Assembly: GCA_050633245.1 (NCBI GenBank)
Contig: JBOEGD010000010.1
Span: forward strand, 189,989-253,988
Length of the DNA: 64,000 bases
Reading direction: 5' to 3'
From: Calditrichia bacterium
GTDB taxonomy: Bacteria > Calditrichota > Calditrichia > RBG-13-44-9 > J075
Part shown: in pieces, positions 19,105-29,503 of the stretch
Layout: every line of letters begins with the position of its first letter
Numbering within the stretch: the first letter of the stretch is position 1
Position numbers and translations under genes: made by a program
Notes under the pieces: generated by a model
What the model was told of the DNA's origin: nothing
Database searches by the model: none
Seen by the model: only the letters and a program-made list of their open reading frames with translations

Positions 19105-20439
19105 CTAGGTTTTTGAGGAATTATTACTTGATGCAGAACGTACCGTCAAGCGATATCCCTCAACGCTGATAATTTCTACATTTTCATTCGCTTCAATAAA
19201 ACCACCCTCGGAAACAATATCCAGGCGTCTATTGTCGAATACACCTACTCCGGCGGGTCGCAATGGGGTTGCAGTGACACCCACTTTTCCAAGATAGCCA
19301 CTGTAATCATCCGAAGATGTAAAACCGTCTTCTGCCCGAAATTCCGGGGCAAGTGCAATACGATCCCAAAAGGTGCTTCTCACTCCCATCTTATAGAGAA
19401 CAACCATTCCCAAAATGGTCAGCAATAAAACAATGGTCAATCGAGTGGCAGCACTGCTCAAATCTACAGAAGAAACCGTTTCAAACGATCCGATAAGACT
19501 GAGGAAAGCCGCTACAATTATAAAGGTTACACCCAGTATTCCCGCGACTCCAAAACCGGGCAATATCAAAAGTTCAACCAAGAGCAGCAGCACACCCACA
19601 ATGAATAGCAGAATCTCCCATGAGGTGGCGAGTTGAATAATGTAATGGCTGCCAAAGAACAGAATCAGGCCAAGAAGCGCCATACTACCTGCAACACCCC
19701 ACCCCGGTGTTTGTAATTCAAAAAAGATTCCGGCAAAAATCATCATTAACAGTATAGAGCTTATCACCGGGCCGGTAAGAAAGCGAATAAATTTTTCACC
19801 GAAGGTCGTTTCGTTGTATACAATATTTGCACCTCCCAGTCCCACGCTATCGAGAAAGGCTTCTATGCTTGGAGCGCTAATCTCGGCCATTTCATATTTT
19901 ATGGCATCTTCAGATGTAAGTGTAATCAGCTTACCCTTTTCGATAAGGCCTTCGATCTCGATATCCTCATCGACCATTGCCTCGGCTATCTCGCGATTGC
20001 GGCCTTTGCTCTCGGCGGTGGCACCCATTTCAGCACGGAAATATGACTGTGCTTTCTCGGCTTGTTTCTGCCCTTCGCCGTCTACCACAGTCGCTGCCCC
20101 CATAGAGCTTCCGGGCGCCATACCAATTGTATCACAGGAAAGACTAATAAGAGCACCAGCACTAATCGCGCGCTTATTGACATAGGCATAAGTCGGAAGA
20201 TTCGAATTCAACAACAGATCTTTTATTTGTGTAGCGGCATCAACCCGCCCTCCGAAGGTATTCACCTCGAGCAGGATAGCCTTGGCATTATTCGCCTCGG
20301 CATCTTCGATAACCCGCTCAATATATGGCGGTAAACCAAGATCAATCATTCCGGAAATATCAATATGATAAACCTGGCCAAACACTGAGCTGGTCGCAGG
20401 AATTAACAACAATAACAACTTTAGCAAGAGTGACTTCAT
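19105..20439 (-). CDS. nfeD: NfeD/YqeZ membrane-bound serine protease (ClpP-class)
   Basis: EVNTFGGRVDAA, AISAGALISL, TM block ELQTPGWGVAG, C-terminal OB fold GVTATPLRPAG...VSEGGFI. Confidence 0.95.
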   Translation of the reverse strand: MKSLLLKLLLLLIPATSSVFGQVYHIDISGMIDLGLPPYIERVIEDAEANNAKAILLEVNTFGGRVDAATQIKDLLLNSNLPTYAYVNKRAISAGALISLSCDTIGMAPGSSMGAATVVDGEGQKQAEKAQSYFRAEMGATAESKGRNREIAEAMVDEDIEIEGLIEKGKLITLTSEDAIKYEMAEISAPSIEAFLDSVGLGGANIVYNETTFGEKFIRFLTGPVISSILLMMIFAGIFFELQTPGWGVAGSMALLGLILFFGSHYIIQLATSWEILLFIVGVLLLLVELLILPGFGVAGILGVTFIIVAAFLSLIGSFETVSSVDLSSAATRLTIVLLLTILGMVVLYKMGVRSTFWDRIALAPEFRAEDGFTSSDDYSGYLGKVGVTATPLRPAGVGVFDNRRLDIVSEGGFIEANENVEIISVEGYRLTVRSASSNNSSKT

Positions 20440-20744
20440 GCATGACTCCTATTTTTAAAAATATATCTAAATTCGCTGGTTTATTCAACATAAAAGCGTT
20501 AATGATATTGGGGAAATGAATAACGATTGCATGTGCCATTTACGACGATACGAACCGCAAAGATCAGCAATCGTTTTTTCTGAGCTATTGGGGGGATGCT
20601 CAGGCTTTTTCGCTTCAGCGGCAACATCGGGGAAGAAGCGCCGTATTGAAGTCCAGAAGTTGTAAATGATCTTCCTGACTAATCTACAACAATTTCTAGT
20701 CAATAGTTTCATTATTTTCAGAAAGGGACGTATTGGAGACGCCC

Positions 20745-21650
20745 ATGAATGCTCTTGATGTCGAGCAGATTGTAAAGCGATACGACAAGTTCACCGCAGT
20801 CGATAAAATATCCTTCCATATTACTGAAGGCAGTATGTTTGGCTTACTTGGTCCGAACGGTGCCGGAAAAAGCACCACAATGCGCATGATTATGAACATC
20901 ATTCGCCCCGATGAAGGCGCGATTCGCTTATTTGGTGAGGGGTTTCGGGAAAACAGCAAAAACATTGTCGGTTATCTGCCGGAGGAACGCGGACTTTATC
21001 AGAAGATGAAAATTATTGATGTCCTGCAGTTTCTTGGTGAAATGAAGGGCCTTAGCTCAAGCGATGCTAAATCTCGTAGTCTCAACTGGCTGGAACGCTT
21101 TGGAATGTCCGACCGAGCAGACCGCAAAGTAGAAGAGCTTTCGAAAGGCCTCCAGCAAAATGTGCAGTTCATCAGCACCGTATTGCACCGGCCCAAACTT
21201 CTGATTGTGGACGAACCCTTTTCCGGCCTCGATCCGGTGAATAGCCAATTTTTAAAAGACACACTGCTTCAGTTAAAAAAAGAAGGCACTACCATTATTC
21301 TCTCTACCCACTTAATGGATCAGGCAGAACGCCTGTGCGATACCATTTGCTTGATAAACGGTGGAAAGATTGTTGTCTCAGGAGAACTTTCCGGTATTAA
21401 GCGGGCACACAGCAGCAACTCCGTTGTTTTGGAGTATAGCGGCGACGGCGATTTTATCAAGTCCTTACCATACGTTGCCGGCATCGATAATTACGGCAAT
21501 TATATGGAGGTGCACCTTAGCGGAGACAGCAAACCACAGCAGCTCTTTAAAGAGCTGGCGCAATCTCCTCTTGAGATAAGCCGCTTTGAGGCAGCAGAAA
21601 CATCGCTCAACGAAATTTTTATTAAGCTGGTAGGAGGAAAGCGATCGTGA
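20745..21650 (+). CDS. ABC transporter ATP-binding protein (YhaQ/NatA-like)
   Basis: GPNGAGKST, GYLPEERGLY, LSKGLQQ, IVDEPFSGLDP, STH. Confidence 0.95.
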   Translation: MNALDVEQIVKRYDKFTAVDKISFHITEGSMFGLLGPNGAGKSTTMRMIMNIIRPDEGAIRLFGEGFRENSKNIVGYLPEERGLYQKMKIIDVLQFLGEMKGLSSSDAKSRSLNWLERFGMSDRADRKVEELSKGLQQNVQFISTVLHRPKLLIVDEPFSGLDPVNSQFLKDTLLQLKKEGTTIILSTHLMDQAERLCDTICLINGGKIVVSGELSGIKRAHSSNSVVLEYSGDGDFIKSLPYVAGIDNYGNYMEVHLSGDSKPQQLFKELAQSPLEISRFEAAETSLNEIFIKLVGGKRS

Positions 21651-22906
21651 ATAAGGTATGGAAAATCATAAAGCGGGAATTCCTGGCGCGGGTAACCTCA
21701 AAAGGGTTTATTATCGGCACCGTGCTCGGCCCATTTTTTCTGGCAGCGGTCACGCTCATGCCGGCAATTATCGGCAACTACTCTGAGCCAAACACACAGA
21801 TTATTCAGATAATCGACGAGTCGAGCCTATTTGAAGACCAGCTGACATCTTTATTTAGCGATACGCTTCGAAATGGCTCACCGAGATTTGTATTGCTAAA
21901 CGGCGAGAAGTCTTCATACGACTTAGATCCGGCTCCCTTTCACGACGCGCTGGAAAAAGGCGATGTAAATGTATTGCTGACTATTCCCGCAGATATTCTT
22001 CAGTCGAACCGCATCAACTATTTATCGCAAAGCGTTAGCGATATCGACGTGATACGTTCGGTGCAACAACGCTTTAACGCAGCGATTAACCGCATCCGTC
22101 TGGAAAATGCCGGTTTTGACCCCACTCGAATAGACAGCCTTACCGCCGGCCTTGAGGTAAACACAGTCAAAATATCAAATGGAGAAGAACAGGAAAAAGG
22201 CAGTGGACAGGAGATTTTAACCGTAACGATTTTTCTGATGATTCTCTACGTTACCATTATTTTATATGGACAGATGGTAATGCGCGGTGTATTGGAAGAA
22301 AAAACGTCACGAATTATGGAGGTTCTGCTATCATCAACGAATGCCTTTTCACTGATGCTGGGTAAGTTATTCGGTATAGGGAGCGTGGGACTGTTACAGT
22401 ATGCGATCTGGGTGGTATCGGGCTTAGCTTTGGTTAGCTTCGTTGGTTCGGGCATGATGCTTCCAGCAACATCATTCAGTATAGCCCCGGAAGTTTTCGG
22501 CTATTTCGTGCTCTTTTTTCTGCTGGGGTATTTTAGTTTTTCCGCATTATTCGCGGCGGTAGGCTCGATGTGTTCTACGCAGGAAGACGCACAGGCTCTC
22601 GCAACACCGGTAATTTTTCTAATTGTAATCCCGTTTATCATGTCTCTCTCACTCGGCTTTCAGGATCCGAATGGAAGTCTGACCAAAACCCTGTCACTTC
22701 TCCCCTTTTTCGCCCCCATGTTAATGTTTACACGAATTTTGGTATCTAATCCGACTGGCTGGGAAATAGTCTTATCTGTTGTCATTAACATAGCGACGGT
22801 TCTTTTTCTGACTTGGGTTTGCGCAAGAATTTATCGCGTTGGAATTCTGATGTATGGCAAGCGACCAACAGTGCCTGAAGTTATGCGCTGGATACGGCAG
22901 GGATAA
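21647..22906 (+). CDS. ABC-2 type permease (YhaP/NatB-like)
   Basis: IIKREFLARV, GVLEEKTSRIMEVLLSS, RIYRVGILMYGKRP; GTGA overlap with the ATPase gene. Confidence 0.92.
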   Translation: MNKVWKIIKREFLARVTSKGFIIGTVLGPFFLAAVTLMPAIIGNYSEPNTQIIQIIDESSLFEDQLTSLFSDTLRNGSPRFVLLNGEKSSYDLDPAPFHDALEKGDVNVLLTIPADILQSNRINYLSQSVSDIDVIRSVQQRFNAAINRIRLENAGFDPTRIDSLTAGLEVNTVKISNGEEQEKGSGQEILTVTIFLMILYVTIILYGQMVMRGVLEEKTSRIMEVLLSSTNAFSLMLGKLFGIGSVGLLQYAIWVVSGLALVSFVGSGMMLPATSFSIAPEVFGYFVLFFLLGYFSFSALFAAVGSMCSTQEDAQALATPVIFLIVIPFIMSLSLGFQDPNGSLTKTLSLLPFFAPMLMFTRILVSNPTGWEIVLSVVINIATVLFLTWVCARIYRVGILMYGKRPTVPEVMRWIRQG

Positions 22907-22958
22907 TCACGGCGATCCAGACGGTTCATGTGGCTGTATGGAAAAATTGCCGTACAGG

Positions 22959-24572
22959 TTAGATTGCAATTACAAAAGGCTCTTGGGTATCCAGAGGCAG
23001 AATATTCATCAGCTCGTCCAAAAAATCGGGACCGTATTTCACCGCAAAATAGAGGTAACTGAAAACCCGCTCCTGTGGCTTTCCTTCAGGCAGCACACTC
23101 AGCTCAATCTTGGCCAACTGCTTCATCTGAATGTCATTTTTTTGCTCTAAAGAACGCTTCACATTGGCGGTTAGCTTTCCAAAACTATTATTAATACTGC
23201 CCCCTGTTTTGTTGAAGGCGCTTTCCAGCTGCGGATCGGCGGCAAGTATAGAGTCCTTTAATCCACCAATAAGCTCTTGAATCGCAATTCCTGCATCATC
23301 TAATGCTTTGAATATTTCACTGCCACCTCTTTCAATCAGCTCAGCGGAGGCTTTTCCCGGTGTAAGAACACTGTGCATGTCCAGACCAAGTTTATCTACC
23401 ATACGAGCCACCTTTTTCTCGATCAACGATACACGATGACGGGGATATAAAAGCGGCATTTCAATATCCAAACAGCGATAAAGCGCTTCCACCTGCGAGA
23501 AATATGCGATCTCACCGGGCCCGCCAACATAGGCGACCGTCGGCAACAGGAAGTCTTGTAAAACCGGTCTGAGCGCAACATTGGGCGTTAATGCGCCCGG
23601 CTGCAACAGCCGATCTTTCGACATCACGCTGTAAGAATCACCATCTTTAGCAACGAATGTTCCAGTATCTGTAGTGTCTAATCTTAAACGGCGTCCTTCG
23701 TCATTCACATAAAACAGGAGCGTTTGATTATCACGAATGCTAATCTGCGGATCATATCCGGCAGCAATAATATCTGAGCTACGCTGTTTTAAGACTTCAA
23801 TCGTTTCACTATTTTTGGTCAGAGCTTGTTCGTATAGCGGCAGGGCCAGTTCGCCAATTTCCTTTGAAGCAGGGTTAATTAAAACAATCCCCTTGTCACC
23901 AAAAAGACGTAGCATCAGCCGGGCAAACCCGTCTGTATAACTTCCATCGCGATATGCCTGAAAAAACATATCCAGCGCATCTGCCTTGAATTCCGTATCG
24001 AAGAAGTCGTCGGAGACTGTCTCTTTCCACTCAGCCAGCGCAGCATCAATTTGCCTGTTGTCAACGGGCTTACTCTGGTCTGCGGCATTTTCTTTTAGCT
24101 TTAAGTGGCGCATCTCATTGTCTTTTGTGGCGTATTGAACAACACTGATTTCTTCAAAATCGCTGTCGTTCACCTCCAGCCAGAACACCGGCACAAAATG
24201 CTTATCCGGAAAATCCCGCTGCAGCTTCTGGCATAGTTTTAAGACAGATATGGTCTTATAAATTGTGTAGAGCGGCCCGCCAAAGACGCCTGCTTGCTGA
24301 CCAGTAACAACGGCGTACGTATTCGGTTTGGCAAGCGCCTCAATATTTGCAGTTGTCGCTTCGGTACTTGGCCAGCGTGTATGTTGCTCCAGTAAAATAG
24401 CGCTGAGCTTTTCACGAAATGCAGATCCTTCACTGCGCGCTGCTATGGCCTGATCTACTTCAGAGAATGGATTGTAGCGATACCAGCTTCGAACTGTTTC
24501 AAAATTGTTGATAAAATCAGAGGTAGGAGACTTTGTTGTTGAAGACACGGATGGGAGAGAAATGAGTTCCAT
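22959..24572 (-). CDS. bshC: Bacillithiol biosynthesis cysteine-adding enzyme BshC
   Basis: VVTGQQAGVFGGPLYTIYK, VPVFWL..NDSDFEEI, PNVALRPVLQDFLLPT.AYVGGPGEIAYF, PQERVF. Confidence 0.95.
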   Translation of the reverse strand: MELISLPSVSSTTKSPTSDFINNFETVRSWYRYNPFSEVDQAIAARSEGSAFREKLSAILLEQHTRWPSTEATTANIEALAKPNTYAVVTGQQAGVFGGPLYTIYKTISVLKLCQKLQRDFPDKHFVPVFWLEVNDSDFEEISVVQYATKDNEMRHLKLKENAADQSKPVDNRQIDAALAEWKETVSDDFFDTEFKADALDMFFQAYRDGSYTDGFARLMLRLFGDKGIVLINPASKEIGELALPLYEQALTKNSETIEVLKQRSSDIIAAGYDPQISIRDNQTLLFYVNDEGRRLRLDTTDTGTFVAKDGDSYSVMSKDRLLQPGALTPNVALRPVLQDFLLPTVAYVGGPGEIAYFSQVEALYRCLDIEMPLLYPRHRVSLIEKKVARMVDKLGLDMHSVLTPGKASAELIERGGSEIFKALDDAGIAIQELIGGLKDSILAADPQLESAFNKTGGSINNSFGKLTANVKRSLEQKNDIQMKQLAKIELSVLPEGKPQERVFSYLYFAVKYGPDFLDELMNILPLDTQEPFVIAI

Positions 24573-25873
24573 TAAAATTCCAGTTGAAATCGATTGATGT
24601 CTGGCTTTCCGGCATCGAGTAAAACATCCTTGGCGGAAAGCAATCTGTTATCGACCATTAGATTCACAAAGTGCTGTCCGGGTGACAATAAAACATTCAT
24701 TGCCGGAGTAACATATGGCGTCACCTCTCCATTCAGCACAATCGATGCCCCAAACGGGGCTTTCAAAACATCCAGGGTATCGCTGAAAGCCGCTGGTTTA
24801 AGCGAGAAGTTAAGCTTGATGGTTTTGCCTGGCTCAATGCGAATGCGTTCAAACTCGGGCGAGCTTTGCATCCCGTTGGCACGGAGCCGAACTTCGTGCA
24901 GACCCGGACGAACCGGAAATGCGCCAGAGTTTGCCCGTCTGCCAGTTAAGGAATTATCCATATAGATAAACCCCACGCTTCGATTAGAGGAAACATCTAG
25001 GTAGCCCAAATCTCCCACAGCCTGGAGGTGGAACTGAAGACTACTGGCAGAATCCGGCGCTATCAACACTCGTTGAAAAGATGGGTTGCTCAAATAGCCA
25101 TCTTTAATAACTGATATAATATGATAACCAGCTGGTATATCAATCGCACTCTTTTTGGCAGTAAAGGGAACACCATTAATGAAAAGACTATAATCTTCCT
25201 GATTCACCTGAACATTTAGCCTTCCCAGAAGGGAAGAATGTTTCATTTGGAATTGAACCGGCGTGGTTTCGCCATTGGAGGGGGTGACTTTCTGCATTGG
25301 GGGCCAGCTGGAATAACCATCACGATAGACAGAGATATAATAAGTTCCTTTTACCGAAAGACCTTCAATTTGGGCAGGAGTCTGCTTTTTGTGCTCAACA
25401 CCATTTAAGAACACACGGGCACCGGGAACATCAGTTTCAATACTTAATGCCCCAACCTTAGAAGACGAGCGAAGCGGGTTGTAACTCAGGAGATAGAGAA
25501 AGAATATTGCGGCGGCACCGAAGATGGCCAGATTAATAGCCCACGTTAAATATGAAGCGCCCTGTTTATTTTGCTTGCTCTTCTTATTGCCTTTAGATTT
25601 AGATGTCCTGCGGCGCTCCTGGCGTCTCTCGGATTCTTCCTTGGGAAGCCACTCCAGTTCCCCATAGCGGTTTTTGTGCTTTACGAATCCACGCTCACTA
25701 AAATATTTTGCTTCTTCTTCTTCCCTGATCATTTGACGCATCCGCATTTCCATTTGCTCTTGCCGTGAAGATGTTCGATCATCCAAACTTTCTCTAATAC
25801 GTTCTTCACGCTGCTGCAGTCCATCACGGATCTGCTCTCGTAGTTTTTTTTCTTCATCTGGCGTAAGCGCCAT
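24572..25873 (-). CDS. Single-pass membrane protein with several PEGA domains
   Basis: Charged N-terminus, TM WAINLAIFGAAAIFFLYLL, repeated PEGA-like units (LSIETDVPGARVFLNG...YYISVYRDGY; GYHIISVIKDGY; GLHEVRLRANG). Confidence 0.8.
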   Translation of the reverse strand: MALTPDEEKKLREQIRDGLQQREERIRESLDDRTSSRQEQMEMRMRQMIREEEEAKYFSERGFVKHKNRYGELEWLPKEESERRQERRRTSKSKGNKKSKQNKQGASYLTWAINLAIFGAAAIFFLYLLSYNPLRSSSKVGALSIETDVPGARVFLNGVEHKKQTPAQIEGLSVKGTYYISVYRDGYSSWPPMQKVTPSNGETTPVQFQMKHSSLLGRLNVQVNQEDYSLFINGVPFTAKKSAIDIPAGYHIISVIKDGYLSNPSFQRVLIAPDSASSLQFHLQAVGDLGYLDVSSNRSVGFIYMDNSLTGRRANSGAFPVRPGLHEVRLRANGMQSSPEFERIRIEPGKTIKLNFSLKPAAFSDTLDVLKAPFGASIVLNGEVTPYVTPAMNVLLSPGQHFVNLMVDNRLLSAKDVLLDAGKPDINRFQLEF

Positions 25874-26112
25874 ATCTTCAACCTCGCGGTTTCGTGAAAC
25901 AGTTCGCACTGCCCTTTAGCGATACTCAATCTTGACAATCGCTATATTAAGGAATTATCCACCTGAGTGAAATAACTTTTATTTCACAATCGGTCATTTG
26001 CAAAGAATCAATAATGCGTTTATATGCGTTAACAAAGCAGCTAAAATCGCAAAAAACAAAGCACTTATAGAGATATAGTTGCTACTTCTATCAAAAGTAA
26101 TACCCTAATAGT

Positions 26113-26224
26113 ATCAGATTTCTGATGGGTAACCAGTTTTTTGATATTTATTTTTACAGAATGTTACCGCATAGGCGCTATTATGTGATGCCAAAACGTT
26201 AAAATCACTGGCACCAAATTTGAA
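26113..26224 (+). promoter_or_regulatory. Putative sigma-54 promoter TGGCAC-N5-TTGA (26209-26224) with upstream activator sites
   Basis: Correct -24/-12 spacing; palindrome ATCAGATTTCTGAT (26113-26126) and degenerate copy ACCAGTTTTTTGAT (26132-26145); the operon encodes an NtrC-type activator. Confidence 0.55.
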
Positions 26225-26275
26225 GTTGCTATTGCAGCGGAATAAAACCATGTTTCAATAAACACCGGAGACGCG

Positions 26276-26695
26276 ATGCGAATTAAGAGCATTTTTTTCA
26301 GTTTTATCTTTGTTGTAATGCATGGCTGTAGCAGCAGCTCTGTTTCTCCAGTGCCTGATGAGTTGTATCGGGGAAATTGGGTTCTGTTTAGTTCCCCTCT
26401 TACCGGTTTCCAGAAATCCAATATATTGAATATAAACTTTAAGTCGACTGGAAAGATTTCAGGAAATGGTAGATGCAATTCCTTCGGAGGAGACTTCACT
26501 GCAAACGGCAACCGTATCAACATGTCAATTACCACGATGACCGAAGTGCACTGTGGAGATGAGCAAGCGGCAGAGGACGCTTTTTTCAGAATGCTTGAGG
26601 ATGCGGAATATTATTCAATTGCCGGCGAGTGTCTCATATTTTCTGATTCTCAGCAAGAGGAGCTAGCAATTTTTAAATCAGACGAGATTAATTAA
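26276..26695 (+). CDS. META (HslJ-like) domain lipoprotein
   Basis: Lipobox-like MHGC; ISGNGRCNSFGG, TTMTEVHC. Confidence 0.85.
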   Translation: MRIKSIFFSFIFVVMHGCSSSSVSPVPDELYRGNWVLFSSPLTGFQKSNILNINFKSTGKISGNGRCNSFGGDFTANGNRINMSITTMTEVHCGDEQAAEDAFFRMLEDAEYYSIAGECLIFSDSQQEELAIFKSDEIN

Positions 26696-26714
26696 CTGTT
26701 CAAACGAGTAATCG

Positions 26715-28124
26715 GTGACAATAAAGAAACGCATTATATGGGTATTTACCGCAATTACCGCATTGCTGATGATAGCAATTGCACTGGTAAGCTATTTCTC
26801 GATCCGCCAGATTTATCTGACACAGGTTACCGGTGAGACCGCTGTGCTTACCCGGCTGGTCGGCAAACAGCTGGATCAACGTTATTTGCATTATCTCGAT
26901 GATCCGGCGCTCGATCGTGCGCGGCAAATATATGTGGATCAGCTAAAGCATACAATCGATGGTTTAAAACTCAGCAACGCCTTTATCTTCGATGGCGAGC
27001 TGAAAATGGTTCTTCAAACCAACCAACTCAGTGCAGATCAACATCAATTGATATTAAACCGCACCGAGATTGATTTACTGGCTATCGGGGAATCTACCAC
27101 TACCCTGCCCTTTCGAGCCGGCGATGATCTATGGTATCTCTGGGGATTTTTTCGACTCGGAGAAACCCACTGGCTGGGTATTCGTCAAAGTGCCGATCAG
27201 CTGGCTGAAATAGAGTCCCTTGCAACGACCTTCGGATTAATCGGGCTGACGGGCATTCTGTTAACAATGCTATCCGGATGGCTGGTAGCGAGGCATATCG
27301 CCGAGCCAATAGAGCGCTTAATCGGCTTTAGCGCACAATTGGGCAAAGGCTATTTCGATACACCTCTGCCTAAAAACATCCGTGGGGAAATGGCCATTCT
27401 TGCAAACGCCCTCGATAAAATGCGAGACGGATTATCCGCGAACCACCGGGAACGCGAAACCATGCTGGCGCAGATTGCCCATGAAATTCGTAATCCGCTC
27501 GGAGGAATCGAACTTCTGGCAGGCCTGATCCGCGAAGATGGGGACGATGAATATGCCGGTAAGATTCTAAAAGAAGTTTCAACCCTAAAGGGGCTGATAA
27601 CCGCTTATCTCAACTATAGCAGACCACTAAAGGCTGAGCCGATACAAACGAAATTAGCAGAAACGCTCGAAGAAGTTTTTCAGCTTTGCAGTGAAAATGC
27701 TACTCGAAAGGGGCTCTCGCTGGATTATCAGCTCGACGTCGATATGGTTTGGTTCGACGAGAACCATCTTCGACAAATTCTATTGAATCTGGTGAGCAAT
27801 GCAATAGAGGCTTCTGCAAATGGAACTAAGATTTCCGTTACCGCCAAGCATGCTACAGACTATATCCATCTCGTGGTTATGGATGAAGGTCCTGGTATTG
27901 AGCCAAACGAATTGGAACATATATTCGATCCGTTCTATACGACACGGGCAGAGGGAACCGGCTTGGGACTTTCGGTCTGCAAGCGACTCTGTAATGAGAA
28001 CAATGCAGAGATCAGAGCAGATAATCGTCCTTCAGGTGGAGCCCTGTTTATTCTTGAAATTTCCAAAAATGCAGCTGATGTTCAAACAACAAAATCCACT
28101 CATCACTACGCGACCAGCAAATGA
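26715..28124 (+). CDS. HAMP-domain sensor histidine kinase
   Basis: Two TMs, HAMP, IAHEIRNPLGGI, LNLVSNAIEA, DEGPGI, FYTTRAEGTGLGL. Confidence 0.95.
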   Translation: MTIKKRIIWVFTAITALLMIAIALVSYFSIRQIYLTQVTGETAVLTRLVGKQLDQRYLHYLDDPALDRARQIYVDQLKHTIDGLKLSNAFIFDGELKMVLQTNQLSADQHQLILNRTEIDLLAIGESTTTLPFRAGDDLWYLWGFFRLGETHWLGIRQSADQLAEIESLATTFGLIGLTGILLTMLSGWLVARHIAEPIERLIGFSAQLGKGYFDTPLPKNIRGEMAILANALDKMRDGLSANHRERETMLAQIAHEIRNPLGGIELLAGLIREDGDDEYAGKILKEVSTLKGLITAYLNYSRPLKAEPIQTKLAETLEEVFQLCSENATRKGLSLDYQLDVDMVWFDENHLRQILLNLVSNAIEASANGTKISVTAKHATDYIHLVVMDEGPGIEPNELEHIFDPFYTTRAEGTGLGLSVCKRLCNENNAEIRADNRPSGGALFILEISKNAADVQTTKSTHHYATSK

Positions 28125-29470
28125 AAATGAAGAAACTTCTCATTATTGAAGACAATGACACCATGCGACTCGGAATGACGGAAAGTTTGCGGCGAGACGG
28201 GTATATGGTTTTGGAGTTCGCCAATCCCAAAGAGGGGCTGGATTACTTTCTACAGCACCCTTGTCAATTGGTACTCACCGATCTTAAGATGGAACCTATA
28301 GACGGCATTGAAGTGCTACGAACAATTCGCGAACAGCATCCTTCCACAGAAGTGCTGCTTGTTTCAGCTTTTGGAACCGTAGACACAGCCGTACAGGCTA
28401 TGAAGCTTGGTGCTTCGGATTTTCTGACCAAGCCATTTTCAATGGAAGAACTGCGAGTGCGTGTCGCCAATGTTTGGCAGCGGATTGCACAACGCAATGC
28501 ACTAAATCAATTGACTGAAGAAAAAAGGCTGCTTCAGGAAGAGCTATTCGCCGATATGATCGGCAGTTCCGAACCGATGCAGCGCATCTTTTCAATGATT
28601 CAACGCGTGGCTCCTCAAGATAGCACGGTACTTATTGAAGGAGAAAGCGGCACCGGGAAGGAATTGGTAGCCCAGGCTATTCATCGTCAGAGTCTGCGTA
28701 AAGAACGTCCATTTATTAAGCTAAACTGTGCAGCGCTCAATGACAATCTTCTTGAGAGCGAGTTGTTTGGTCATGAGAAAGGGGCATTTACCGGCGCGCT
28801 CAGACAAAAACGAGGTCGTTTTGAGCTCGCCGATGGCGGTTCACTCTTTTTAGACGAGATTGGGGACATATCGCCGGCAATGCAGGTCCGGCTGCTTCGC
28901 GTTCTTCAGGAAGGAGAATTTGAGAGACTCGGTGGTGAAGCGACCATCTCCGTTGACGTAAGGATAATATGCGCAACGCATCAAAATTTAGCGCAAAAAG
29001 TAGAATCCGGAGAATTTCGTGAAGACCTTTTTTATAGGTTAAACGTGATTCCAATTAAGCTACCCGCTCTCCGCGAGCGCAAGGACGATATCCCACTGCT
29101 TGTAGCCCATTTTGTGAAGAAGCGTAATGCGACAACGCGGAGCTTTTCCGCAGATGCAATAAAGCAGTTTATGAACTATTCATGGCCCGGCAATATTCGC
29201 GAATTGGAGAATTTGGTGGAACGACTTATCGTTATTGCACCGAATGATGAAATAGATGCAGGCACAGTTGGAGCCCAATTAGGCAACTCACCGGTTCAAG
29301 GTATGGAGAATTTTAGCAACCTTCCACTTGAAGATGCGGTAGCAGCATTTGAAAAGAGTCTGATCGTCCATGCATTAAAATCTTGTGAAGGCGTTAAAAA
29401 TCGCGCCGCCAAAATGTTAGGGATTAAGACAAGCACGCTCTATTATAAACTTGAAAAATACGGCCTCTAA
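28121..29470 (+). CDS. Sigma-54-dependent NtrC-family response regulator
   Basis: REC; GESGTGKE; ESELFGHEKGAFTGA; FLDEIG; WPGNIRELEN; Fis-type HTH. Confidence 0.97.
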   Translation: MKMKKLLIIEDNDTMRLGMTESLRRDGYMVLEFANPKEGLDYFLQHPCQLVLTDLKMEPIDGIEVLRTIREQHPSTEVLLVSAFGTVDTAVQAMKLGASDFLTKPFSMEELRVRVANVWQRIAQRNALNQLTEEKRLLQEELFADMIGSSEPMQRIFSMIQRVAPQDSTVLIEGESGTGKELVAQAIHRQSLRKERPFIKLNCAALNDNLLESELFGHEKGAFTGALRQKRGRFELADGGSLFLDEIGDISPAMQVRLLRVLQEGEFERLGGEATISVDVRIICATHQNLAQKVESGEFREDLFYRLNVIPIKLPALRERKDDIPLLVAHFVKKRNATTRSFSADAIKQFMNYSWPGNIRELENLVERLIVIAPNDEIDAGTVGAQLGNSPVQGMENFSNLPLEDAVAAFEKSLIVHALKSCEGVKNRAAKMLGIKTSTLYYKLEKYGL

Positions 29471-29503
29471 TTAAGGCCGACACCAATAAAAGCGATATAT
29501 ACT

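Noticed and set aside
20523-20538. TGGCAC on the minus strand upstream of nfeD as a sigma-54 promoter
   Set aside because: No TTG at the -12 position.
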